A program made the position numbers and the translations under genes. Source: Macrostomum lignano (lineage: Eukaryota). Taken from it: a DNA stretch of 64,000 bases. Shown here piece after piece: positions 53,898 to 64,000 of the stretch. Below the pieces are notes generated by a model that saw only the letters and a list, made by a program, of their open reading frames with translations, made no database searches and had not been told where the DNA came from. Where the stretch lies: positions 1,364,001 through 1,428,000 of the forward strand of contig NIVC01000038.1 of assembly GCA_002269645.1 (NCBI GenBank), given 5' to 3'. Position 1 is the stretch's first letter. Each line of letters starts with the position of its first letter.

Positions 53898-54402
53898 TTC
53901 CGTCTGTTGGCCAAAATCGCAACTGCTAGCAGGAGTTTCCGACTCTGTGTATTAATATTTTAACACATTTGTCTGTGTATTTTTGACAAAATATTTTAGT
54001 GACACCAAAAAGTCTGATATAGAAACAACTACCTATCTATGTTGGTTCAAAGGAAAAAGTAAAATATAATTTGATAATTTCATTTTATCTTTAACAAGTC
54101 TTAATGTTCTTCGAAAACCAAAATTTAAGTTGTCAGTTACAAAGTATAACAAAAGTTTCTTGCTTGTTTTAGAAAACCTAGGTTAATTTAGATAAATTGT
54201 TTGTTTTTGCAGCAAAAAAAACTATAGATAAACAATAACAAATAATAATTATTTGCAAAGCTTGCACTTTTCTGTCGGCATGCCAATTTAATTTGACTTA
54301 GATTTTTCCAACAGCATTTTCAGAAAATCAACTTTAATTTTGACTGAGTGGACTGAACTGTGTCCATCTGTTATATTAAGCAAGCTTTGATGCCGATCGA
54401 AA
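53898..54402. promoter_or_regulatory. Putative bidirectional promoter between ATP13A1 and CFAP54
   Basis: 505 bp AT-rich spacer between divergent start codons; assignment is positional inference only. Confidence 0.6.
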
Positions 54403-57400
54403 ATGGCATCGTCTAAAGCAAAAATATTTCACGAAGTTTCAACACTTCACCCATCTTCATACTATGCCACATTTTATGAGGATTCAAAAAATCCAGTTTT
54501 CGTTTCATTCAACAAAGAAGTTAATGAGGTGAAAAAATTCGTGATAAAGAATGCAAAGAAAGATGCCGAGCAGACTAAATGGTAAGTTTGTTTTGACTGA
54601 ATATTATTACTCTTCTAACTTGCAACATTGCCCCTTGTCACTTTATATCTAATTTTTATACCGCCACCACACTTCTACACTACAGTGGTAACATGTTATT
54701 CGACTTGTTCAACAAGTACAACCCACTGCTACCACCACTTATGTTTACCGAGCAGCTGGTGGAAATGGGCGACTTTCTCTCATCATGCGGTCAGTACCAG
54801 CTGGCACTGTGGAACTGCTATGATCGATATCTGAGAGCCAGCGGTGACCAGGTGCTGCAGCCTGACCAGAGCATTGAGCAATTCAAAGCGGCCTTTTTCC
54901 CCAGTGGACTGGGAGCTGAGAATGCTGGACTCACGGTAAGCTTCTGCTGCGATGCATTTTTTCATAGTTTCAATTTTACTTGTCATCGTTTGATCTTGCA
55001 TTCAATCATTACCGGATGCACAAGTTATCATAGCGCGTAGTGCGAAAACAGTATGACAATGCAGGTCATAGTGAGTAGATTGCACAGGTAATACAGAGTA
55101 GATTGCACAGGTAATACAGAGTAGATTGCACAGGTAATACAGAGTAGATTGCACAGGTAATAAAGAGTAGGTTGCACAGGTAATACAGAGTAGATTGCAC
55201 AGGTAATACAGAGTAGATTGCACAGGTAATACAGAGTAGATTGCACAGGTAATACAGAGTAGATTGCACAGGTAATACAGAGTAGATTGCACAGGTAATA
55301 CAGAGTAGATTGCACAGGTAATACAGAGTAGATTGCACAGGTAATACAGAGTAGATTGCACAGGTAATACAGAGTAGATTGCACAGGTAATACAGAGTAG
55401 ATTGCACAGGTAATAAAGAGTAGATTGCACAGGTAATACAGAGTAGATTGCACAGGTAATACAGAGTAGGTTGCACAGGTAATAAAGAGTAGATTGCACA
55501 GGTAATACAGAGTAGATTGCACAGGTAATACAGAGTAGATTGCACAGGTAATACAGAGTAGATTGCACAGGTAATACAGAGTAGATTGCACAGGTAATAC
55601 AGAGTAGATTGCACAGGTAATACAGAGTAGATTGCACAGGTAATAAAGAGTAGGTTGCACAGGTAATACAGAGTAGATTGCACAGGTAATACAGAGTAGA
55701 TTGCACAGGTAATACAGAGTAGATTGCACAGGTAATACAGAGTAGGTTGCACAGGTAATACAGAGTAGATTGCACAGGTAATACAGAGTAGATTGCACAG
55801 GTAATACAGAGTAGATTGCACAGGTAATATACAGAGTAGATTGCACAGGTAATACAGAGTAGATTGCACAGGTAATACAGAGTAGATTGCACAGGTAATA
55901 CAGAGTAGGTTGCACAGGTAATACAGAGTAGGTTGCACAGGTAATAAAAAGTAGATTGCACAGGTAATACAGAGTAGATTGCACAGGTAATACAGAGTAG
56001 ATTGCACAGGTAATACAGAGTAGATTGCACAGGTAATAAAGAGTAGATTGCACAGGTAATACAGAGTAGGTTGCACAGGTAATAAAGAGTAGATTGCACA
56101 GGTAATACAGAGTAGATTGCACAGGTAATACAGAGTAGATTGCACAGGTAATACAGAGTAGATTGCACAGGTAATACAGAGTAGATTGCACAGGTAATAC
56201 AGAGTAGATTGCACAGGTAATACAGAGTAGATTGCACAGGTAATAAAGAGTAGATTGCACAGGTAATATACAGAGTAGATTGCACAGGTAATACAGAGTA
56301 GATTGCACAGGTAATACAGAGTAGATTGCACAGGTAATACAGAGTAGGTTGCACAGGTAATAAAGAGTAGATTGCACAGGTAATACAGAGTAGATTGCAC
56401 AGGTAATACAGAGTAGATTGCACAGGTAATACAGAGTAGATTGCACAGGTAATACAGAGTAGATTGCACAGGTAATACAGAGTAGGTTGCACAGGTAACA
56501 CAGAGTAGATCTCAAAGTTTATAGAGAATAGGAGCTATGAACTCATGCACAAATCACAAAGAGTAGACTGCACAGGTAATATAGATCAGAGGAGTAGAAT
56601 ACACAGCACAAGTGGTCATAAAGATTTGAATCCCAAGTCATGGATTCTGACACTAATGCTTTTAACTCTTTTCATTTAGACACAGCAAATTCTCATAAAT
56701 TTCACAAGATAAAGTCGCAAATCTGATGCACACTTTAAATGCTCCGCTTTGACAGTTCCGTGCACTCATGGGCAAAGTGATCTGCACCTACCGTATGGTT
56801 CTCATCGCGGATGCCCGACTTCAGAATCAAGAGTCGTTAGGACGCTGTATCGATCTGCTCAAATTCCTACGCCTCATCACTCAGGTTGTGCTCAAAAGTG
56901 AAAGACTCTGTTGGCTTATCTATAATGGTACGTTTCTTTTTTCCAAGTACATGTAGCTTTCAATTTTAAGATATAAATTTCTGAAATCATTCCGATGTAT
57001 ACTTGCAGGCACAATCCACATCTACTCCATCTCGAGGCAACTCATGTCGTTGGGTTTCTCTGAGCATGTGCTCGAATTCCTGGTGTGGTGCTCAGCCGCT
57101 CTAGAAGTGAGCATCCCGCTCATGACGGCCAAATACCTCAGCTGGAGGGCCACAGTTTACACTGCTGTGTGCCAGTGCTTCTACGACTGCAACAGAGGCG
57201 TTGACGCTGAGGTGACTTATATGATCTTCCTTCTCTAAAGCACACCACTAAGACAGTACCAGTTCGTTTTTGAGACACACTCAACCCAAACTCCTATGCA
57301 GGCCTTCGCCAGACGAGCCCTAGCAAAGATTAACGACCTGAGTGAGTTGGAGAAACGCAGTTCTGAGAAGGTCAGCGAAAAAGTGGAGCTCACATTTCGG

Positions 57401-60400
57401 GAGGCCACTGTTAAGGTAAGTTTTGTCTTTTTTAACGAGCTGTCTTGTCCGAGAAATTTCACCATTCATTTCTATTAAACCTTTAAAACTGACACTTAGT
57501 GTGTTTTCCTGATAGGCACTCAGTGGGGTGTCCTGAAAGGCACTTAGTGTGGTGTCCTGACGCTGTCAGGAGGTTGGGTGCTGATTGTAGAGTGATTATT
57601 CGATAATCTCACCATTGACTCTACAGATGGCCACGATGGTGTTCAAACGAACCGCCGTCGAGACGCGTCGCCGACCAAAAGGCGTCTTCAAGCCGAAGCA
57701 GCGCATCAACTTCCGGGATATCGGCAATCAGTCGTGGCCGCGCACCGGCACAGAGAAGCTACTAGCCGACATGTTTGACGGCTCGGCCGCGCAGTTCCTT
57801 GCCGTGCTCGAGTGCGCGTCCGATCCCAAGCGTCGAGTGTTTCAGCACGGTCCGGCGGCGCCCGACAACGAATCGGAGATTCTGGACGTCTTCATTGAGC
57901 TGTTCCTGGCCGGCAAGGAGATCCTCATGGGCGGCACCGGGGTGGTGCGCAAACCCATGGGAGCGGCGGCCGCGGCAGCGGCGGCAGCTGCGGCTGCGGC
58001 GGCGGCTGCTGCCACCGGAGCCATTGGCGGGATGCCAGGAATTGTGGCGGATCCCGCAGCAACTCAACTGAGCTTGGCGACTCGCGGCGCCGACGGCGTG
58101 ACTCTGCGAGCGGCCGTCACCTTTTCCAGGTGGGCTTTTCACTATGAACAGTGGGAGATCTTCGACTGGCTGTCCGGCTCTCTGCTGCCCGTGCTGAAGG
58201 AGCCGCCGCCGGGGTGGGACGCCAAGCAGCTGGAACCCGAGGCGCGCACCCTGGAGCTGCTACAGGCCATGAAGGTGATCGCGGCCAATCTCAAGCAGAA
58301 GAAGGCCAGCCAGCTGAAGGAGGCGATGCGGATGCAGCAGCAGGCGCTGGAACAGGTGCGTCAGCAGGGCGGCGGCGGTGGAGGAGACGGCGGAGACGCG
58401 GCAAAGAAGACCGCGAAAGATGAAGCTGCAAAGGATGACAGCAACAAGCAGCAGGCTGGTGGTGGCAACGCCGATTCCGACAAACCTGGTGGCGGCGGCG
58501 TCAGTGAACAGTCCGACGACCTGCTGAACCTAACTAACGCTCTTGTCGGCATCATCGACGGCGACTGTCCACCGGAGGCCTACCAGACCGATATCCTGCT
58601 TGACGCAATCATCTACCTGTGGCAGCGGTGCAAGGCGGTCCTGCAGAAGCACCAGACTGGCTCTGACGGAGGCGGCGGTCTGCACAAGCTGGACAATCCA
58701 AACAAGTGGGTCCACATCCTGGCCACGGTGCACCGCAGCCTCGCCTGGCTCAACGTGGCCAGCGTTGACGCCGCCATGGCCGCTGAAGTAGTGCTCCGAC
58801 TGGCTCTGATCGTTGAGAGTCACGCTGTAACCTCGCCTCAACTGCCGCAGCAGCAGCAGCAAGTGTCCTCAGTCACATTTGACGCTTCAGCCGGAGCGAT
58901 GGACCCGACGGATAGCGTCGCCCAGCGGGTCAGCGTCGAGACGATGAGCATGCTGAAGCAGCCGGTGAAGGAGCAGCTGCAGTCGGCCAAGCGGATCCTA
59001 GAGATTGGCCTGAGAAACGTCAGCGACGCGCGTTCGGCCACCGTTCTGGCTGACGGTCGCTCCGTCTGCGACGTGGTCTGGTCACAGGAGGTCAACCCGC
59101 ACCTGTTCGAGCCGCAAACTGACGCCGACTTCGAGCTCACCAGAGCGTCCGTGAAGCGACCGGAGGATTTGCCGCCGGACTCCAATGCCGTCTGGAGCAC
59201 GGTGAAGGACCTGCAGGTAGAGCTGCTGTCCATCTACCACAGAGTGTCGCTACGCCTCGGCGAGCTCGAGAAGATCGACTACGACCAGGCTGAGGCGCGC
59301 AAGATCTACCCGCGAGGCGTCAAGCCGCCGCCCTACCCGGGCTTTGACCAGCTGTACCAGAGCGCAAACCGAAACGGCTTCAGCCGGGCTCTGCTCTGCG
59401 CCCAGAGCGCACTTCGTCTGGAGGAGCTCCGGGCGGGCAGCACCTTCCCGCCGGTGCCCAGCGCTAGAGCTGTCGAGCTCATCGACGAAGCCATCGGCCT
59501 GATGGCTAAGCACGCGGCAGATGAGGAGTCTCTCTACCGCGAGAACGTCGCGGTGGCAATCGGAGACGCTGATACCGAGGAGGTCGAGACCACTGGAGAC
59601 GCGCCGCCGGCGCCGATTCTGCTGAGCCGTACGGACACGGAGATGACACTGAGGCCGGGGCGCTGGGCCGGCGACGCTAGAGGCGTGGCCTGGTACCGCG
59701 TGTTCGCCCGTCCGGTCACCGGCTCCAACGTGAAGGTGCGACTCTGCGACGATCAACTGTGCGGCGCTGGCGTTCCCGTGCCGGCATTCAACTGCCAGTT
59801 CCGCGTATACGGACTGCAGCCCAACCAGAAGTACGTGTTCGCCGTAGCTGCCTACGACGCCGAGGGCCGTCTCGTTGGCAGCAGCGTTGGACCGTCGACT
59901 CGTCCAATTCTGGCGAGTCATCCGAGCCCGCTGATCACCGGCTGGGCCCTGCTGGCCCAGGCTGCCTACCGCATCGGAGCCTACGCGGCTTCCAAGCGAA
60001 TCTGCGAGGCCCACCTGTGGCGTCATTTCGTTGCCAAGCCGATCCCGCCTTCGGACGAGCTGGCTCTGACCAGCCGGCCGGAGTTCCGGCTGAATCGGCA
60101 GCGCGCCAATCGACGAATCATGAGCCTGACGTCGCCGATTCAACTGCGCCTGTTTATCGAGTGCCTGCTGATCGGGACTGACATCGCCACGGTGGAGAAG
60201 CGGCTCTACTGCGACTCGCTCTGCGACGCTGGGCCGGCGTTCCTCGGCCAGGCCGACCGGCTGCGCCAGTGCGAGGCGATGCTGCTGGCCATGGACGCGG
60301 CCATGTGGCTGAACGACGCCAATTACGCGCTGCAGGCCGTGGTGACCGCCTACGGACTGCTGGCGCCGCTGGTGCACTACAAGATGCAGACTCGAGCTGT

Positions 60401-63400
60401 GCTGCAGGTGCGCTCACTGGTCTGGGGTTGAGTATCAACTGTGTGTGATAATGTGTGCGCAATGTTGTTTAGCTATTAGTGTTGCTAGGACTTTACTATT
60501 TGGCTTGTTTGGAATATCCAATTCTACCTGAATATTGCGGAGTTTCAACAAGAATAGGTTAGTATCCCCATAAATATCCGTGAGCATCCTTGAGTATCGA
60601 TTTGTATATTCTGATTGTCCTCAAATATTCAATTAACATTGGCCTTGTAAGCCTAATAAAATGTTTTAGCCTAGTGGTTTCAGCGTTGGACTCACGACTG
60701 AAAGGTCCTGGGTTCGTTTCTCGACGCAGCGGAACAATTTGTGTCCTTGAGCAAGTCACTTAGCTCATAACCCTGCATTGCTTCAGTTCAGCTGTGGTAA
60801 TTGAGGGTGTGTGCGGCGACCCGCCAGTCCTGGACTGCAGCCTGCGGCGGGATATACTCATCCCTAATTATGCTAGATTTCCCGAAAGCTCACCAGCAAC
60901 ATCACCTGCTCACCCTTTTCCCATTAATCTACCTCGCCCCAATCTCGCAGGTTCTGCAACGTTGCGTAGCCGTCCTATTGGAAATTCCATCGGCTCAGCG
61001 CTTGCGCAAATCCGGAAGCAAGGCCACCCAGTCTCTGGCACACATGATTGCCTGCATGACCTACTATCTCAGCCGGACTCTGCGCACCTGGCGCGAAGAC
61101 TCTCTGGCCGCCAGCATGCTCGAGTGCGGCCGGAAGCTGCTGCAACCCGACGCCGAACTGCCGCCAGCGAATCCGACTGCCGCGGCTGCTGCAGCCGCTC
61201 TTGACGCTGTCAGCGAGATCGGCGACAACGTCGGAGACATCATTCGCAAGCGGAAGAAAAAAGCCGGAGCCGGCGGCGGCGGAGGCGGTGGCGGCAACGT
61301 CGACAAGGGCGGATCAGCTGGCGCCGATGGGGACAACAGCAACGAAGAACTTGTCGCCTTGGAGGAGTACATGCTGTCCACTACTCGGTCAAGTGAGTTG
61401 TTGATAAGCTGTGTCTACATGTCTTCCCTGACTCTCAAATGGTGAATTCCATGACTCTCAAATGGTGTCTTACCTGAGTCTCAAATGGTGTCTTACCTGA
61501 GTCTCAAATGGTGTCTTCCCTAACTCTAAAACGGTGTCTTACCTGACTCTCAAATGGTGTCTTCCTTGACTCTAAAACGGTGTCTTACCTGACTCTCAAA
61601 TGGTGTCTTCCCTGACTCTCAAATGGTGAATTCCATGACTCTCAAATGGTGTCTTACCTGAGTCTCAAATGGTGTCTTCCCTAACTCTAAAACGGTGTCT
61701 TACCTGACTCTCAAATGGTGTCTTCCTTGACTCTAAAACGGTGTCTTACCTGACTCTCAAATGGTGTCTTCCCTGACTCTCAAATGGTGAATTCCCTGAC
61801 TCTCAAATGGTGTCTTCCCTGACTCTCAAATGGTGTCTTACCTGACTCTCAAATGGTGTCTTACCTGACTCTCAAATGGTGTCTTCCCTAACTCTCAAAT
61901 GGTGTCTTACCTGACTCTCAAATGGTGTCTTACCTGACTCTCAAATGGTGTCTTCCCTGACTCTCAAATGGTGTCTTCCCTGACTCTCAAATGGTGTCTT
62001 ACCTGACTCTCAAATGGTGTTTTACCTGACTCTCAAATGGTGTCTTCCCTGACTCTCAAATGGTGTCTTCCCTGACTCTCAAATGGTGATTTCCCTGACT
62101 CTCAAATGGTGTCTTCCCTGACTCTCAAATGGTGTCTTCCCTGACTCTCAAATGGTGACTTGCCTGACTCTCAAATGGTGAATTCCCTGACTCTCAAATA
62201 GTGAATTCCCTGACTCTCAAATGGTGTCTTCCCTGACTCTCAAATGGTGAATTCCCTGACTCTCAAATGGTGTCTTCCCTGACTCTCAAATGGTGAATTC
62301 CCTGACTCTCAAATGGTGTCTTCCCTGACTCTCAAATAGTGACTTCCCTGACTCTCAAATGGTGTCTTCCATGACTCTCAAATAGTGTCTTACCTGACTC
62401 TTTAATGGTGTCTTCCTTGACTCTAAAATGGTTGCTCTGCTGACTCACAAATCTGACCCAAAATTCAAGCTTCTAACAGCACCATAGACTAAACAAATTA
62501 ATTTACCAGTTAACTTTAAAAGTTTCATTCGATTCCCCACAAAGCAACGAAGATGTTTAAAAGGTTAAAATGTACTATTTGCAGTCGTTTCAGCATGGCT
62601 ACTGGACCTGGAACCCAGCTACTTTGATTCAGGTAGTCATGGCAAAACCCAAACTTAAATAGTATCACCACCTGCAGAGTTACCACCCCAAAAATACCTG
62701 GACTTTTTTCCTCATTTTTGTTGTTTGTGTCTGGATTGTTTCGCGTACCTGCCGTACAAATCAGTTGCTGTCCAACCCATAGACGAAATACCAAATAATA
62801 TGAAAACGTCGATTTCATTGAGCATGTCGAAAATACGTTCGCACCTACATTTGTTAAAATGATTTCTGAAATGTCTTGTTTCATAAATTATAGGACTGAG
62901 CCCGAAATAATTCTTTGCATCATTTGTTAGCTGCATTAAGTGCTGAACTCTGTTTACCTGAACCAGCTGTTTTATTTGATGTTCTCAAAACATAATGTTG
63001 CGCCGTGTTTGCCAATATTAAATGTGTTTAACTTTTTTTTTCAGGCGGCACAGACACAGAGTTGAGTGGCAACGAGGACCCGAGCATTCTGCACGCGTAC
63101 GTGGCGTTCCTGCCGAGCAGGGTCGCCTACAAGGAAGGTGAGTAGAGCTGATCAACTATAGCTGCCATCACTATAGTTACTTGTCTATATTAATTAATTT
63201 TATAGTAACATACCGGGTGACGCATCAATTTAAACAAACATTTAATTACAGTTCTACAATACAGAAAAGGTATTCTATTTATCAACATATTTACCTTTAT
63301 CTGTACTTTGCGCTCTCTTTCTGTTTTCGACAAGTGAACAAGCGTTCGTTTTCTTAGAAGTATTTCAGTTCAGTATAACCAATTTTGAATCTGTGCGTTT

Positions 63401-64000
63401 CTGTGCTTGTAAACCCGCTGCTGGATGAATCAGTTTATCATTTATCGCTTATTAGACATGATTTAATGTCTGTTAGAAAGATTTGGGTGCCCTTTTTTGT
63501 ATGTTTCGTATATTTAACGCCCACAACAAGCAGCGTTGAATGCAATTCTGCCCATTACGTTGACTCCTGAGCAATACTGTACGCAGGCACTCATACACAC
63601 GCTCACACAGAGTGTACACCGGCTTTCCCTGACTTTTTAAAGCTGCCCCTACTGCCACACCTGACGCTAAGTTTAGGGACAGGAAAATCTCGCAAATTTG
63701 TCAACTTTAATTTCGAAATATTTTGCACCGTAACTCTGATCAGTTGTTGCACTGATATGCCTTTATTTATTGTGGCCCCTTTATGTCTCTTCTTATTTGG
63801 TGTTTCAATTAGAAAAAAACCGCATCAATAAATAAAAGTACATCCACTGACCTTTTTTGTCCCCACCTGCACCGCCACCGCGCAGTGAGCAAATTTCGCA
63901 AGCGGATGCGATACATTGAGTTTTTCGTCAAAGTGGCCGAGAAGGGTCTCAGCGAGGGTCACTACGACCTTGTGATCGAGTGGACAAAAGAGACCACCGA
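54403..64000 (+). CDS. CFAP54: Cilia- and flagella-associated protein 54, 5' part (continues past window); exons 54403-54581, 54686-54935, 56756-56927, 57009-57211, 57302-57415, 57627-60407, 60951-61392, 63045-63137, 63886->64000
   Basis: Blocks match CFAP54 as I recall it: LCWLIYNGTIHIY, YLSWRATVYTAVCQCFYDC, AFARRALAKI, FREATVKMATMVFKR, SWPRTGTEKLLADMFD..AQFLAVLE, and the FN3-like GLQPNQKYVFAVAAY. Canonical splice sites have consistent phases (2,0,1,0,0,0,1,1). Confidence 0.92.
55070..56510. repeat. 23 bp minisatellite GTAATACAGAGTAGATTGCACAG, ~62 copies, CFAP54 intron 2
   Basis: Direct reading. Confidence 0.98.
60660..60880 (+). mobile_element. tRNA-derived SINE (CORE-type-like), CFAP54 intron 6
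   Basis: A-box TAGCCTAGTGG (60667), B-box-like GGGTTCGTTTCTC (~60710), then TGTGTCCTTGAGCAAGTCACTTA, which resembles the start of the CORE-SINE central domain. The 3' boundary is uncertain. Confidence 0.65.
61430..62430. repeat. 23 bp minisatellite GACTCTCAAATGGTGTCTT(C/A)CCT, ~43 copies, CFAP54 intron 7
   Basis: Direct reading. Confidence 0.96.
63546..63640. mobile_element. Dispersed interspersed repeat, diverged copy 3 (CFAP54 intron 8)
   Basis: tgcccattacgttgactcctgagca...caggcac..ctcacacagagtgtacaccggc...ccctgacttt aligns by eye with 20244-20395. Confidence 0.55.

Noticed and set aside
54010-54030. RFX X-box for CFAP54
   Set aside because: Only the 3' half (ATAGAAAC) fits the consensus, too weak to annotate.
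55002-56515. ~500-aa Cys/Tyr/Leu-rich minus-strand ORFs
   Set aside because: They are translations of the 23-bp array inside CFAP54 intron 2.
59250-60377. 375-aa antisense ORF
   Set aside because: Shadow ORF of the GC-rich CFAP54 exon, with no recognisable motifs.
60660-60735. Functional tRNA gene
   Set aside because: I could not fold a convincing acceptor stem or cloverleaf, and the sequence continues into a SINE-like body.

Overview
Eukaryotic (metazoan) genomic DNA with GT-AG spliced genes and many mini- and microsatellites. The style resembles a free-living flatworm such as Macrostomum; this is an inference, not verified. I reconstructed five intron-containing genes by hand with frame-consistent splice sites. 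Four lie head-to-tail on the minus strand: ATP13A1-type P5A ATPase (12 exons, ~1170 aa), a monoglyceride-lipase-like hydrolase (4 exons, 284 aa), a divergent casein kinase 1 (3 exons, 324 aa, HQD instead of HRD) and a divergent PP1-like phosphatase (2 exons, 346 aa). CFAP54 runs divergently on the plus strand (9 exons visible, truncated by the window end). About 17 of 25 introns and all three gaps between the minus-strand genes contain tandem arrays, nearly all with their own unit, including 6.6-kb (16-mer) and 13.4-kb (22/23-mer) satellites. Most long ORFs in the supplied track are artefacts of these repeats. Best leads: (i) intronic arrays whose sense-strand unit is an AG|GT splice-junction mimic; (ii) acceptor-like sites just upstream of every start codon, compatible with SL trans-splicing or a polycistronic cluster; (iii) altered catalytic or inhibitor motifs in the CK1/PP1 pair; (iv) core motifs shared between different minisatellites. 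No CRISPR array, rRNA or intact tRNA was seen.
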